Shown in pieces: positions 1-10,499 of a DNA stretch of 64,000 nt (position 1 is its first letter; each line of letters begins with the position of its first letter). Source of the DNA: Crocinitomicaceae bacterium. Lineage in GTDB: Bacteria > Bacteroidota > Bacteroidia > Flavobacteriales_D > Sanyastnellaceae. The notes below the pieces were generated by a model that did no database searches, was not told where the DNA came from, and saw only the letters and a program-made list of their open reading frames with translations. The position numbers were made by a program, and so were the translations under genes. Location: the NCBI GenBank assembly GCA_002693775.1, contig NZRP01000015.1, positions 6,601 to 70,600 on the forward strand, written 5' to 3'.

Positions 1-1
1 C

Positions 2-1723
2 CAGGGATGCGAAGGAGTTTCAGGTCTAGGCACAGGGAGCTTATACACTAACAATACAGAATCTGATCTTGAAATAGTTAAAGGCCAAATCTTCCACACC
101 CCCACTCCCACCATCACCATAAATGGTCGTTCCACTCCTTTAACAAAGGAAGGGATTGTGGAGTTTGAGGGTGTGTGCGATGAGGATTGGTCTAAGGAAT
201 TGTTAGAATTTTTAAAATTCTGGTTCAACTCTAATTCTCCCATAGAGGTCATGACTTCAGGCTCAACAGGAGCGCCTAAGCTCATCACTCACTCAAGGGA
301 AGCAGTAATCTTCAGCGCCCAGCAAACCCTCGATTTCTTCGACCTGAGACCAGGAGATTCAGCCCTACTGGCCCTTCCCATCAACTTTATCGCTGGCAAG
401 CTCATGCTCGTTCGCGCTATCATAGGACGTTTGCACATCACTGCCATTAACCCAAACCTCGAAGCATCCCCAACTTCATTCTTCAACTTCACAGCGCTTA
501 CTCCTCACCAAATAGCCAGATTAAATGGCAGGTTGCCCTTTGGCAAAATATTACTTGGCGGAGCACCTGTTTCATCAGAGTTAGCTGAAAAGTTAAGTAA
601 AGAGGATGCTTATGAAGGGTTTGGCATGACTGAAACCATCACGCACATTGCCCTAAGAAAGGTCCACCCGTCCGCTCCATCATTTGAAGCTCTCCCAGGC
701 GTCAAATTCTCAGAATCCCCGGCCGGCACCCTCACCATAGACGCTCTCGACAGAAACATCGACGGCCTTATCACCGACGACATCGTCACACTCAACAGCC
801 CCACCACATTTTCTTGGCATGGCAGATCGAGCGACATAATAAATTCGGGTGGCATTAAGTTCTCCCCAGAGATTCTCGAAGCCAAATTGAAGGCCCACCT
901 ATCGTTCGACCTCGCCATTTACGGCGTCCCTCATAGCGATCTAGGCGAGTGCATTGAACTTCGTGTAGACCTTCAGCACCCCGTCCCATTATCTGTCCAG
1001 AATCAAATCTCGGCCTCAATCTCTGCCACCCTTAAGAGCAAGGAAGCCCCTAGAAACATTGTCTTCGCCCCCATCCTCCGCAACCCCAACGGCAAAACAA
1101 ACAGAAAAAAAATGTCAAATCAAGCTAGCAGACAGTTACCAGTAATCGTCTTCGCAACTGGCAATAAGAATAAAGCTCTGGAAGTTCAACGACTACTCGA
1201 CGGCATTTACACTGTCAAGTCTCTACCTGAAATTGGTTGCCACGAAGACATCCCTGAAACTTCAAACACCCTTGAGGGAAATGCTGCGATAAAAGCAAGA
1301 TATGTGAAGGAGAAATACGGTTACGATTGCTTTGCTGACGATACTGGATTAGAAGTTTCAGCCTTAGGTGGAGCTCCTGGAGTTTACACAGCTAGATATG
1401 GCGGACCAGAGAAAAATGCCGACAAAAATATTGCACATTTATTAAGTGAACTCAACAATAGCAATACAGACGATAGAAGTGCTCAATTCAGGACGGCAAT
1501 TCACGTAATTACTGGTAAATCTGAAAAATTAATTGAGGGCATTTGCAAAGGCCAAATCGCTACTGAAAGGTCTGGAAATGAGGGTTTTGGGTATGATTCA
1601 GTGTTTATACCAGAAGGCGAAAACAGGACCTTTTCAGAGATGTCTGGCGATGAAAAGAATAAAATCAGTCATAGAGGCATTGCGATTAGGGAAATGCTCG
1701 AGTATTTATCATCTTTGCGATAA
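2..1723 (+). CDS. 5'-partial multidomain ORF: possible enolase-superfamily (o-succinylbenzoate-synthase-like) C-terminal tail, then a short MenE-like AMP-binding/acyl-CoA ligase, then an RdgB/HAM1 non-canonical purine NTP pyrophosphatase, all in one frame
   Basis: The track ORF starts at GTG 158. My translation of the same frame upstream (codons from nt 2) has no stop and no ATG/GTG/TTG: ...[53 protein letters not shown].... The AMP-binding motif TSGSTGAPK and the terminal NGKTNRKK (the conserved ligase Lys region) define the MenE-like part. [15 protein letters not shown]...FGYDSVF...SHRG is a typical RdgB/HAM1. There is no stop codon between the two parts. Confidence 0.75.
   Translation, partial: QGCEGVSGLGTGSLYTNNTESDLEIVKGQIFHTPTPTITINGRSTPLTKEGIVEFEGVCDEDWSKELLEFLKFWFNSNSPIEVMTSGSTGAPKLITHSREAVIFSAQQTLDFFDLRPGDSALLALPINFIAGKLMLVRAIIGRLHITAINPNLEASPTSFFNFTALTPHQIARLNGRLPFGKILLGGAPVSSELAEKLSKEDAYEGFGMTETITHIALRKVHPSAPSFEALPGVKFSESPAGTLTIDALDRNIDGLITDDIVTLNSPTTFSWHGRSSDIINSGGIKFSPEILEAKLKAHLSFDLAIYGVPHSDLGECIELRVDLQHPVPLSVQNQISASISATLKSKEAPRNIVFAPILRNPNGKTNRKKMSNQASRQLPVIVFATGNKNKALEVQRLLDGIYTVKSLPEIGCHEDIPETSNTLEGNAAIKARYVKEKYGYDCFADDTGLEVSALGGAPGVYTARYGGPEKNADKNIAHLLSELNNSNTDDRSAQFRTAIHVITGKSEKLIEGICKGQIATERSGNEGFGYDSVFIPEGENRTFSEMSGDEKNKISHRGIAIREMLEYLSSLR
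1105..1112 (+). repeat. A8 homopolymer exactly at the MenE-like/RdgB junction
   Basis: Sequence is ag-AAAAAAAA-tg, and the last A is the A of ATG 1112. By my translation, A7 gives ...[16 protein letters not shown] and A9 gives ...RKKNVKSS-TAG. Only A8 produces the fusion. Confidence 0.9.
1112..1720 (+). other. rdgB: RdgB/HAM1 (dITP/XTP pyrophosphatase) module with its own in-frame ATG at 1112
   Basis: [29 protein letters not shown]...[10 protein letters not shown]...[19 protein letters not shown]...[17 protein letters not shown]...KNKISHRG. This is a full-length HAM1 fold of about 200 aa. Confidence 0.85.
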
Positions 1724-2676
1724 TGAATTATCTAGAATTCGAAGAACCCATCAAGACTCTGAGAGAGCAGCTTGATAAAGCTAGAGACATAGAGGACAAC
1801 AACGACCTTAATATGACTACTACTATTGTAGAGCTTGAAGCTAAAATAGAAGAGGTCACTAAGGAAATCTATGGGAAGCTTACACCATGGCAGAGAGTGC
1901 TTGTTAGTAGGCACCCTGACAGACCTTATACACTTGATTATCTAAATGCTATAACAGACGGAACATTTATGGAACTTCACGGAGACAGAAATGTTAAGGA
2001 TGATAAAGCAATGGTAGGTGGGTTTGGTGACTTAGACGGTAGACCAGTAATGTTTATAGGCCAACAAAAAGGATCTAACACCAAGCAGCGTCAATACAGA
2101 AACTTTGGAATGGCTAACCCTGAAGGTTATAGAAAAGCTCTTAGATTAATGAAGCTTGCCGAGAAGTTTAACAGGCCTATTGTTTGTCTTATTGACACTC
2201 CAGGAGCATACCCAGGACTAGAAGCTGAGGAAAGAGGCCAAGGTGAAGCTATCGCTAAAAACCTGATTGAAATGATTCAACTTAGAGTTCCAGTTATCTG
2301 CATTATTATTGGTGAAGGTGCGTCTGGAGGAGCACTGGGCATAGGCATTGGAGATAAAGTGATGATGCTTGAGAACACTTGGTACAGTGTTATATCGCCA
2401 GAGTCATGCTCTTCTATCTTATGGAAATCATGGGATCACAAAGTAACAGCTGCTGAGGCTTTAAAGCTTACAGGTGATGACATGAAAGACATCGGTCTTA
2501 TTGATGAGATTATACCTGAACCATTAGGTGGGGCTCACAATAATAAGGAAGCAATGTACGATACACTTAAAAATATCATCATTGAAAACATTGATGCACT
2601 AATGCCCCAAGGACCTGATAAAAGAGTCTCACAAAGAATACGCAAGTTTTCTAACATGGGAATAGTGACAGCTTAA
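1723..2676 (+). CDS. accA: Acetyl-CoA carboxylase carboxyltransferase alpha subunit
   Basis: 317 aa with [30 protein letters not shown] and SVISPE motifs. TAATG stop/start overlap with the upstream ORF. Confidence 0.95.
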   Translation: MNYLEFEEPIKTLREQLDKARDIEDNNDLNMTTTIVELEAKIEEVTKEIYGKLTPWQRVLVSRHPDRPYTLDYLNAITDGTFMELHGDRNVKDDKAMVGGFGDLDGRPVMFIGQQKGSNTKQRQYRNFGMANPEGYRKALRLMKLAEKFNRPIVCLIDTPGAYPGLEAEERGQGEAIAKNLIEMIQLRVPVICIIIGEGASGGALGIGIGDKVMMLENTWYSVISPESCSSILWKSWDHKVTAAEALKLTGDDMKDIGLIDEIIPEPLGGAHNNKEAMYDTLKNIIIENIDALMPQGPDKRVSQRIRKFSNMGIVTA

Positions 2677-2709
2677 TATCTTTTGTCTTATACCATCTAC
2701 TTTTTATAT

Positions 2710-2717
2710 TAATTTTG
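2710..2717 (+). promoter_or_regulatory. Bacteroidota-type -7 promoter box TAATTTTG (consensus TAnnTTTG)
   Basis: Exact match to the consensus, 37 nt upstream of ATG 2755. It lies only 10 nt from the TTG at 2728, which argues for the ATG 2755 start. Confidence 0.45.
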
Positions 2718-2754
2718 TCTTAATTATTTGCGATTCACAAACCTAATTACTCGC

Positions 2755-4446
2755 ATGCTACGTACAAACTCTACATTTTTTGCAATTGCATTTGCAATCT
2801 TCCTAGCTGGCTGCGCTGGCCTAGGATCTATGGAAAAAGCCCTCGAAACTGTGGGCCTTTCTGTTCAACCTGAAACATTAATCCTTCAAGGAGGTAATGT
2901 TGAGGTAACTATTACTGGAAACTTCCCTGCCAAATACTTTGGCAAGCAAGTAATCCTTGAAGCAACTCCTGTTCTCGTATGGGAAGGTGGTGAAGCTTCT
3001 TTTGAAACTCAGGGATTCCAAGGCGAAGACGCTGCAGGAAACTACACTGTTGTTTCTTACGAAAGCGGAAAATCCTTCACATACACTTCTAGCATTCCAT
3101 ACGAGGAAGCCATGGAAGACGTTAGTCGACTAGAGCTTCGCATCAAGGGAATCAAAGGTGATAAAGTTGTTGATTTTGAACCTTACTACCTCTGTAAAGG
3201 AGTAATCACTACACCTAATCTAGTTCAAGCAGACGACAAGTTCATGATCACTCCAGATCGTTTCCAAAGAACTATGACTTACACACAGAACGATGAAATC
3301 AATTACGATTACAACAGTTCTACTGTAAAGAGGTCTGAACTAAGAACTGATGAGTGGGCTCAGATGAAGGAGCTTTTTGCCCTTGCTGCTTCAGCAGACA
3401 GCGTTTCTCTTACTGGAGTTACTATTGAAGCATACGCTTCTCCAGAGGGAGAGATTAGCCTAAACGAAGACCTTGCTGCTGATAGAGCTAGTTCAGCACA
3501 CAAGTCTCTCCAAAGAGAATTAAGAAGAGTCAAAATCAACTCTGGTGAAGACTTCGCTAACCTAATTGCTCGTGGTGAGGATTGGAATGGCTTTAAACAA
3601 CTAATGCAAGCTTCAGATATTGCTGACAAAGATCTTATCATCCGTGTTCTTGAGATGTACTCTGACAAGAATAAGCGTGAAGAAGAAATCAGAAACATAT
3701 CTAAGACTTACAGCGAAATAGAGGACAGAATTCTTCCTTCACTTCGTCGTTCTATGATTGCGATGAACTACACAGTTGAGGGTTACACTGATGCTGAGTT
3801 AATGATTCTTTGTATGAGTGCTCCTGAAACTCTTACTGTCGAAGAGCTACTTTATAGCGCAACACTATACAGCGACGTTATTGACAAGTACACTATCTAC
3901 GCATCATGCTCTGAAGTACACCCTAACGATTTAAGAGGACACAACAACAGTGGTGTTTGCTTAATGGAGATGGGGCGTACTAACCAAGGTAAAGAAGCAT
4001 TTAACAAGGCTAACAGCATTGACTCAAACAACAAGGCTGTACTTAACAACCTTGGAGCTATCGCACGTCAAGAAGGTAAGACCGATGAAGCTGCTACTCT
4101 TCTTGGAAAGGCAGGTTCAAGTGCTGAGACTAGCTACAACAAAGGGCTAGTAGCTATCACTCAAGGAAACTACGGTAATGCAGTTTCTAACATGAGCGGT
4201 TCTAACTCCGTAAACCTTGCTCTTGCTAAGCTTCTTAACGGAGACGCAAATGGAGCTAAGACTACTCTTATGAATTCTAACGATGACTCTGCTATAGCAA
4301 GCTACGTACTAGCTATATGCTGTGCACGACTTGACGATGTAGCTGGAGTTAAAGCAAACGTTGATGCTGCCCTTACTAAGGACTCATCTTTAACTTCTAA
4401 AGCAAAAGCTGACTTAGAGTTTGACGGAATAGATCTAGGACTATAA
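2755..4446 (+). CDS. Lipoprotein with a central OmpA-like-looking segment and C-terminal TPR-like repeats (function unknown)
   Basis: Signal peptide plus lipobox (FAIAFAIFLAGC). YASPEGEISLNEDLAADRA resembles the OmpA-family motif. The C-terminal part has Ala/Asn-rich TPR-like helices. The track start at 2728 is TTG, and the in-frame ATG at 2755 is preferred. Confidence 0.6.
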   Translation: MLRTNSTFFAIAFAIFLAGCAGLGSMEKALETVGLSVQPETLILQGGNVEVTITGNFPAKYFGKQVILEATPVLVWEGGEASFETQGFQGEDAAGNYTVVSYESGKSFTYTSSIPYEEAMEDVSRLELRIKGIKGDKVVDFEPYYLCKGVITTPNLVQADDKFMITPDRFQRTMTYTQNDEINYDYNSSTVKRSELRTDEWAQMKELFALAASADSVSLTGVTIEAYASPEGEISLNEDLAADRASSAHKSLQRELRRVKINSGEDFANLIARGEDWNGFKQLMQASDIADKDLIIRVLEMYSDKNKREEEIRNISKTYSEIEDRILPSLRRSMIAMNYTVEGYTDAELMILCMSAPETLTVEELLYSATLYSDVIDKYTIYASCSEVHPNDLRGHNNSGVCLMEMGRTNQGKEAFNKANSIDSNNKAVLNNLGAIARQEGKTDEAATLLGKAGSSAETSYNKGLVAITQGNYGNAVSNMSGSNSVNLALAKLLNGDANGAKTTLMNSNDDSAIASYVLAICCARLDDVAGVKANVDAALTKDSSLTSKAKADLEFDGIDLGL

Positions 4447-4475
4447 TAGTTCTTACACAGAAAAATACTTATATC

Positions 4476-4506
4476 AAAAAGGCCCGGCATTAAGCTGGGC
4501 CTTTTT
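4476..4506. terminator. Bidirectional intrinsic terminator between convergent genes
   Basis: AAAAAGGCCC-(11 nt loop)-GGGCCTTTTT. Perfect 10-bp arms give A/T tracts on both strands. Confidence 0.8.
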
Positions 4507-4535
4507 CATTGCAATAATTTCTAAAACTACAAGCC

Positions 4536-5051
4536 TTACCTCAGCAACTGACTTGCTTGCCAAAGCACCACACCTGCACAAACACTGACATTCATACTTT
4601 GTTTAACTCCTAGCTGAGGAATTTCAATTACACAGTCTGAAGCGCCACATGTTTCTGGTCTCACTCCTCTCACCTCATTGCCCATCACAAAGGCCCACTT
4701 CTCACCTCTCTGAGGCTTCCATTCATCTAACATAATGCTTGTATCAATTTGTTCTATTGAAGCAATCTTATAGCCCTCAGATCTAAGGAGTTTTATTGCC
4801 TCACTTGCTGACTTGTGGCCTCTCCATGGAACATACTTAGAAGAACCTAATGCAGTTTTAAGAATATCCCTGTGAGGTGGGTGACATGAAATTCCACAAA
4901 GCTCAATACCAGATATCCTAAAGGCATCACCTGTCCTAAAAAATGATCCTACATTATTTCCAGATCGCACATCCTCAATTATCAACCTTACAGGTAATAA
5001 CTCAGAACTTACATACTCCTCTGGAGATAGCCTTCTATCCTTTTCTAACAC
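4536..5051 (-). CDS. SpoU/TrmH-family RNA 2'-O-methyltransferase
   Basis: 171 aa. NVGSFFRTGDAF, MGNEVRGV and IPQLGVKQSMNVSV are the three SPOUT motifs. Confidence 0.85.
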   Translation of the reverse strand: MLEKDRRLSPEEYVSSELLPVRLIIEDVRSGNNVGSFFRTGDAFRISGIELCGISCHPPHRDILKTALGSSKYVPWRGHKSASEAIKLLRSEGYKIASIEQIDTSIMLDEWKPQRGEKWAFVMGNEVRGVRPETCGASDCVIEIPQLGVKQSMNVSVCAGVVLWQASQLLR

Positions 5052-5065
5052 TACTAAACTATGGC

Positions 5066-6937
5066 TTAGTCTATATGCAGATTGAATGGCAATCTTGCTT
5101 GAATAACCTCACCAGACTCAACAAGCTTCTTTACTTCAAGCACCTCTTTCAGGTACGAGTCTTCAGCTCCAAGCAAGCTGAGAGCATCAATGTTAGCTTT
5201 AACTCCAGTAAGATCTTCTATCATTTGCTCAAAAGGATCCTTCATCTCTGGCAGAAATATGCGTTCAGAATCCTTTAATCCTATTAGGCTTTCAGCATGA
5301 GCAATAGCATCCTCCAAATTTCCTAACTCGTCAACTAGACCTATCTCTAAAGCATCCTCTCCAGTCCAAACCCTTCCTCTAGCAACTTTCTCTACCTTCT
5401 CTGCACTCATTCCTCTCCCCTCTGACACCTTTGAAGTAAAGTCTGAATAGATATCAGTAATTATTTCATTGTAAGCGTCAATCTCATATTGAGTCATAGA
5501 AAATAAACCATCTGGAGAACCAGCATGTTCATGAGTTGTGATTTTATCAAATGATACACCTAATAGGTTCTCATATGCTCCACCAATATTTGGAATCATG
5601 CCAAACACTCCAATTGAACCAGTAATAGTTGTAGCGTTAGCATAAATCCTATCAGCTGCACAGCTGATGTAATATCCACCTGACGCTGCTAAATCACCCA
5701 TGCTCACCACAAATGGCTTTCCTGCCTCCTTTAAAAGGATGGTCTCTCTCCAAATCACATCACTTGCAAGAGCTGACCCACCTGGTGAGTTTACTCTAAG
5801 TACAACAGCCTTTACGTCTGGAGCAAGTCTTGCCTCCTTGATTGCTGCAGCAATAGTTTCTGATCCAATAGTAGCGGCATCACCTTCTCCTGATTGAATG
5901 CCTCCCACAGCATAAATAACTGCAATGTCACCACCGAGATTATCCTCAACTTCACTTAATTCTGATGGCTCTTCGAATAATGCTGCTATTGCTTCAGGAT
6001 CTTCCAAATCAATATTGAACATTCTCTCAGGAAGTGTGTATTCCATAAAAGAGATCTCGCTTAACTCTGAATCACCAAGTTTCTTTTCCAACAATGCCTC
6101 TAACTCATCTTCATAAAGCAATGCATCAGCAAGCTTAAGGTCTACCATGTCCTCAGCAACTCTTATTCCAATGTTATTTGCTACGTCATCAATTACAGAA
6201 GGATCAATTCCTCTGTCTCTTGCAATTGCCTCTTTCATTGTAGACCAAAATCCACCTAATAGAGCCTCCATTTGCTCCCTGTTTTCTGGACTAAAGTCGT
6301 CTCTCAAAAAAGGTTCAACTGCAGACTTGTATTTGTTGTTGGGTCCACGAAGGATAGTAACGTCCATTCCTAGCTTTTCAAACATTCCTGGGTAGAACAT
6401 CACTTGGGACTTAAGACCCAGGATATCAGTCATCCCGTTTGGATGTAGATAAACCTCATCTGCTACGGAATTCATGTAATAGCCTGACTGAGACATGCTT
6501 TCAGACCAAGCAACAACCCACTTTCCTGTTGATTTAAAATCTTCAATAGCAGCACGAATATCTTCTAGAGTAGAGGGGTATGAACTAACTCCGCTAATGT
6601 TGAGAAGGATGCCCTCGATATCGTCGTCCTGTGCGGCGCGGTCGAGCCCTTCAAGGATTTGGTCTAAGCCTAGCTGAGGAGTAGCATTCATAGTGAATAA
6701 ATCCAAGGCAAACGGTTCAGCCCCGCCCCTTTCCACGATTGTGGTATTCAGGTCGAAAACTAAAACATTAGCTCCATCTTCATTGACATTTACGCTTGTA
6801 GAATCTGCATCTGCTAATGCATTTGATATTCCTCCTACAAGTGCGCTAACAAAAATAAAAATCAGTATAGTACCGGCAACTAACATGCCTATAATTGAGC
6901 CTAGTGCAGAGCTCATTACGTTTTTGAAAAAGTTCAT
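5066..6937 (-). CDS. sppA: Signal peptide peptidase SppA, 67K type (protease IV)
   Basis: 623 aa with an N-terminal TM segment and two ClpP/crotonase-like halves (LLNISGVSSY...; LRVNSPGGSALASD...SMGDLAASGGYY). Confidence 0.9.
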   Translation of the reverse strand: MNFFKNVMSSALGSIIGMLVAGTILIFIFVSALVGGISNALADADSTSVNVNEDGANVLVFDLNTTIVERGGAEPFALDLFTMNATPQLGLDQILEGLDRAAQDDDIEGILLNISGVSSYPSTLEDIRAAIEDFKSTGKWVVAWSESMSQSGYYMNSVADEVYLHPNGMTDILGLKSQVMFYPGMFEKLGMDVTILRGPNNKYKSAVEPFLRDDFSPENREQMEALLGGFWSTMKEAIARDRGIDPSVIDDVANNIGIRVAEDMVDLKLADALLYEDELEALLEKKLGDSELSEISFMEYTLPERMFNIDLEDPEAIAALFEEPSELSEVEDNLGGDIAVIYAVGGIQSGEGDAATIGSETIAAAIKEARLAPDVKAVVLRVNSPGGSALASDVIWRETILLKEAGKPFVVSMGDLAASGGYYISCAADRIYANATTITGSIGVFGMIPNIGGAYENLLGVSFDKITTHEHAGSPDGLFSMTQYEIDAYNEIITDIYSDFTSKVSEGRGMSAEKVEKVARGRVWTGEDALEIGLVDELGNLEDAIAHAESLIGLKDSERIFLPEMKDPFEQMIEDLTGVKANIDALSLLGAEDSYLKEVLEVKKLVESGEVIQARLPFNLHID

Positions 6938-6970
6938 AAATGCTAATATATAGACTTATCTTGCTCTCTG

Positions 6971-7447
6971 ATGAAAATGAGAAGTGTGTACATAGGATTG
7001 GGTGCAAATTTAGGAGACAGGGAAAGTGCCATAAACTCTGCGATTTCTGCCATAGAAAGCGAATTAGTAGAAAACAGAGCTATCAAATCCTTAACAATAT
7101 CTAACATCTATGAAACAGAACCTTGGGGGATGGAGGAAGGGACGCCTGCATTTTTAAATTGTGCTGTTTGCCTAGAAACTTCCATAGATCTCAAGTCACT
7201 TTTAGATTTGCTGTTAAGGGTGGAAACTGATTTAGGGAGGACTAGATCTGAAAGCAAAGGATATCAAAGCCGAGTTATAGATTGTGACATTCTGTGCGCG
7301 GGAGAGGAAACTGTAAATACTGAGAAGTTGGTGGTGCCGCATCCGCATTTGGCCTCAAGACAATTTGTATTGAAGCCTTTAGCAGACCTTGAACCCAACC
7401 TTTTAGTACCAGGCTTAACTAAAACAGTTAAAGAACTTTTGAAGTAA
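6971..7447 (+). CDS. folK: 2-amino-4-hydroxy-6-hydroxymethyldihydropteridine pyrophosphokinase
   Basis: 158 aa. YIGLGANLGDR, YETEPWG, IDCDIL and PHPHL motifs. Confidence 0.9.
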   Translation: MKMRSVYIGLGANLGDRESAINSAISAIESELVENRAIKSLTISNIYETEPWGMEEGTPAFLNCAVCLETSIDLKSLLDLLLRVETDLGRTRSESKGYQSRVIDCDILCAGEETVNTEKLVVPHPHLASRQFVLKPLADLEPNLLVPGLTKTVKELLK

Positions 7448-8077
7448 ATGGGGCCATACGCATACATAGCAATTGAGGGGAATATAGGTGCTGGAAAAAC
7501 CACATTCAGTAAGAAGCTAGCTGAAAGAACTGGTGGCGAATTAATCCTAGAACGATTCGAGGAAAATCCATTTTTAGAGAGGTTTTACAAGGACCCTAAA
7601 AGCCACGCTTTCTCTGTAGAGCTTGCCTTTGTAGCTGATAGATTTAAACAATTAAGGGAGGCTTTAGGAAGCAGGAATCTATTTCGTCAAAGAGTGGTTG
7701 CAGATTACAGCTTTGCCAAGTCTTTGATTTTCGCAAAAGCAAATCTTCCGAGAAGCGAATACGTTCTTTTCAGGACAATGTTCAGACTAATGGAAGCCCA
7801 AATTCCCAAACCTGAAGTGGTTGCAATACTCAACCCAGGGCTCGACAGAGTAAAAACCCAAATCGTAGAAAGAGGCAGATCCTATGAGCAAGATCTTCCT
7901 GAGGGATATTTAGAAAAGGTATACTCAGGGTACGAAGCTCACTATCAATACCACAGAGGGTCAAGGGTACTGTTCATTGACACCTCTAAATACGACTTTG
8001 TAAAAAGAGAGGAAGATTTTGAAAAACTCCTATCTTGTATCCTTACTCCTAGAAAGCCAGGAGTGTACAAACTATAA
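7448..8077 (+). CDS. Deoxynucleoside kinase (paralog 1)
   Basis: 209 aa. P-loop IEGNIGAGKTT, ERFEENPFLERFY and ERGRSYE (dNK family). Starts directly after the folK stop codon. Confidence 0.9.
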   Translation: MGPYAYIAIEGNIGAGKTTFSKKLAERTGGELILERFEENPFLERFYKDPKSHAFSVELAFVADRFKQLREALGSRNLFRQRVVADYSFAKSLIFAKANLPRSEYVLFRTMFRLMEAQIPKPEVVAILNPGLDRVKTQIVERGRSYEQDLPEGYLEKVYSGYEAHYQYHRGSRVLFIDTSKYDFVKREEDFEKLLSCILTPRKPGVYKL

Positions 8078-8080
8078 GAC

Positions 8081-9508
8081 ATGCGTAGAAAAGACTTTTT
8101 AAGACTAGGAGCCTTATTTGGCGGAGGACTTTTATCTGGATCAGCTTTTGCTTCAACATCATCTCCAGAGTCTGGCAGAAGATGGGACACTAACCTTGAT
8201 AGATTAGTTGCTGATTCTAAAATAGATGGGAGTATGTTCAACTACGCTGACGCTCCTATTGAAAAGGTAAGAGTAGCTGTAGTTGGTTTAGGAAATAGAG
8301 GCACTACTCTAATCCAAATGCTTGATTGGCTAACTAGAAACAACCACTGCGAGATAGTTGCGATCTGCGATGTACAGCCTAAATACATTGAAAGGGCGAA
8401 GTCGACAATTTCTAAATTTCAATCTACTGAACCGCGTGTTTTCGACGGTAGCCAGGACGAGATGGCTTGGAAGGAAATGTGCAAAACTGATCTAGCAGAC
8501 CTTATTTTAGTTGCTACACCTTGGAGGTGGCACGCACCCATGGCAACCCATGCTATGGAACAAGGACTCCACGTTGCCACAGAAGTTCCTTTGGCATATA
8601 AATCAACTAACGCTTTAGATCTAATCAAGACTGCAGAGCGCACTAAGCGTCATTGCATAATGATTGAGAACTGTTGCTACAACGGAGAAGAACTCTTTGT
8701 TCTGAATATGATTAAAGAAGGAGTGTTTGGCGATCTGACTCATGCTGAGTGCGCATATATCCACGACCTCAGAGCTCTAATGCTTGATACAGATTATTAT
8801 CACAAGCGCTGGAGGCTAAATCACCACCTTGAAAGAGACGGCAACTTCTACACTACACACGGCTTAGGCCCAGTATGTATGTACATGGATATTCTTAGAG
8901 GCGACAATCTTAGCCACCTTGTTTCGATGAGTTCAAATGAGGCTGCTCTATCTAAAGCTATGAGGGAGTCTGATGATTCTGTTATGAATGCTCTAGCAGA
9001 TAAGGCCAAATGTGGTGACGTAAACACCACTCTTATAAAAACTGAAAAGGGAAAGAGCATAATGCTTCAGTTTGACGTACATACTGGCAGACCCTACAAC
9101 AGACTAAACAAACTTTGCGGAACCAATGCTGTTCACTACGGCTACCCTTCTAGACTATTTATTGACGACCCTGAAAGTGGCGGATGGCACACTTGGCAAG
9201 ATGAAGCTGGATACAATGAGCACCTGGAAAAGTATGCTCACCCAATGTGGACTAGCCTAAGAGAACAAATCTCAAGTAACGAACAGGGACACGGAGGAAT
9301 GGATTTCGTTATGATGTACAGACTTATTCGCGCATTAAATCTCGGAGTATCCCTTGATCTCAATGTTTACGACGGAGCACTTTGGAGCTTAGTTGGCGCA
9401 CTTACAGACCAAAGCGTAGCAATGGGCAATGCAAGGGTAAATATCCCTGACATCACAAATGGTTTATGGAAGAATGAAGCAGAACACCCTGTGTTCCGAG
9501 AGCTTTAA
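8081..9508 (+). CDS. Tat-exported Gfo/Idh/MocA NAD-binding oxidoreductase-fold protein, GH109-like (possible alpha-N-acetylgalactosaminidase)
   Basis: Twin-arginine leader MRRKDFLRLGALFGG...AFA. Rossmann motif VAVVGLGNRG. The length and architecture are typical of GH109-like proteins. The family assignment is from memory, not from a search. Confidence 0.65.
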   Translation: MRRKDFLRLGALFGGGLLSGSAFASTSSPESGRRWDTNLDRLVADSKIDGSMFNYADAPIEKVRVAVVGLGNRGTTLIQMLDWLTRNNHCEIVAICDVQPKYIERAKSTISKFQSTEPRVFDGSQDEMAWKEMCKTDLADLILVATPWRWHAPMATHAMEQGLHVATEVPLAYKSTNALDLIKTAERTKRHCIMIENCCYNGEELFVLNMIKEGVFGDLTHAECAYIHDLRALMLDTDYYHKRWRLNHHLERDGNFYTTHGLGPVCMYMDILRGDNLSHLVSMSSNEAALSKAMRESDDSVMNALADKAKCGDVNTTLIKTEKGKSIMLQFDVHTGRPYNRLNKLCGTNAVHYGYPSRLFIDDPESGGWHTWQDEAGYNEHLEKYAHPMWTSLREQISSNEQGHGGMDFVMMYRLIRALNLGVSLDLNVYDGALWSLVGALTDQSVAMGNARVNIPDITNGLWKNEAEHPVFREL

Positions 9509-9526
9509 CCTAGGATTAACTTAAAA

Positions 9527-10396
9527 TTATCCAAGCAGCTCTTTCATCTTAGAGCCAATATGAGCTGGGCTATCCACAACGTGGATTCCACATTCAGCCA
9601 TAACTCTTTTCTTAGCTTCAGCTGTCTCGTCCTCACCGCTTACGATAGCACCTGCATGCCCCATTGTTCTACCCTTAGGAGCAGTAACACCTGCGATAAA
9701 TCCAACAACTGGCTTAGTAGCGTTGTCCTTAATCCAACGAGCAGCGTTAATCTCAAGGTCACCACCAATCTCACCAATCATAACAATTCCTTCAGTATCA
9801 TCGTCAGCCATAAGAAGCTTTACCGCATCCAGTGTAGTTGTTCCGATGATAGGATCGCCGCCGATGCCGATGGCAGTAGTTTGGCCTAAACCTGCTTTAG
9901 TGCATTGGTCAACAGCCTCGTAGGTAAGAGTACCTGACTTACTGACAATTCCAACACGGCCTTTCTCAAAGATGAATCCTGGCATAATGCCAACCTTCGC
10001 CTCACCAGCAGTCATAATTCCTGGACAGTTAGGACCAATTAAAGTGCAATCTCTCTGATCGATATATGACTTAACTCCTACCATATCAGCAACTGGGATA
10101 CCCTCAGTTATGCAAATGATCACCTTGATACCCGAGTCAGCAGCTTCCATAATTGCATCAGCAGCGAATGCAGGAGGAACGAATAGAATACTCACATCAG
10201 CACCAGTCTCCTTAACCGCGTCATGAACAGTGTTGAATACAGGTCTGTCAAGGTGAGTAGAACCACCCTTTCCAGGAGTAACACCTCCAACAACATTAGA
10301 ACCATATTCTATCATTTGGCCTGCGTGGAATGTTCCCTCACCACCAGTAAAACCTTGAACAATAATCTTAGAATCTTTGTTTACTAAAACGCTCAT
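9527..10396 (-). CDS. sucD: Succinyl-CoA synthetase alpha subunit
   Basis: 289 aa. [21 protein letters not shown] and MGHAGAI (phosphohistidine loop). Confidence 0.97.
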   Translation of the reverse strand: MSVLVNKDSKIIVQGFTGGEGTFHAGQMIEYGSNVVGGVTPGKGGSTHLDRPVFNTVHDAVKETGADVSILFVPPAFAADAIMEAADSGIKVIICITEGIPVADMVGVKSYIDQRDCTLIGPNCPGIMTAGEAKVGIMPGFIFEKGRVGIVSKSGTLTYEAVDQCTKAGLGQTTAIGIGGDPIIGTTTLDAVKLLMADDDTEGIVMIGEIGGDLEINAARWIKDNATKPVVGFIAGVTAPKGRTMGHAGAIVSGEDETAEAKKRVMAECGIHVVDSPAHIGSKMKELLG

Positions 10397-10433
10397 TTGA
10401 TATAGTTTTATGTCGCACTTTTTAATTGCCAGT

Positions 10434-10441
10434 CAAATTTA
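10434..10441 (-). promoter_or_regulatory. -7 box TAAATTTG (minus strand) upstream of sucD
   Basis: The reverse complement of caaattta is TAAATTTG, an exact TAnnTTTG match, 38 nt upstream of the sucD ATG at 10396. Confidence 0.45.
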
Positions 10442-10499
10442 GGCCAAACCAACTCCATCTTCCCCCTACTTTCCTCAAATTTGCATTGTGAAAAATTCG

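Noticed and set aside
289-918. Antisense ORFs 289..492, 610..918 and 710..898 inside the MenE-like region
   Set aside because: These are shadow ORFs on the opposite strand of a well-supported coding frame. The products are low-complexity with no motifs.
5700-6953. Series of plus-strand ORFs (5700..5897, 5925..6116, 6147..6395, 6495..6677, 6693..6953) opposite sppA
   Set aside because: These are Ser/Ala/Pro-rich antisense translations of a confidently identified 623-aa SppA gene, typical shadow ORFs.
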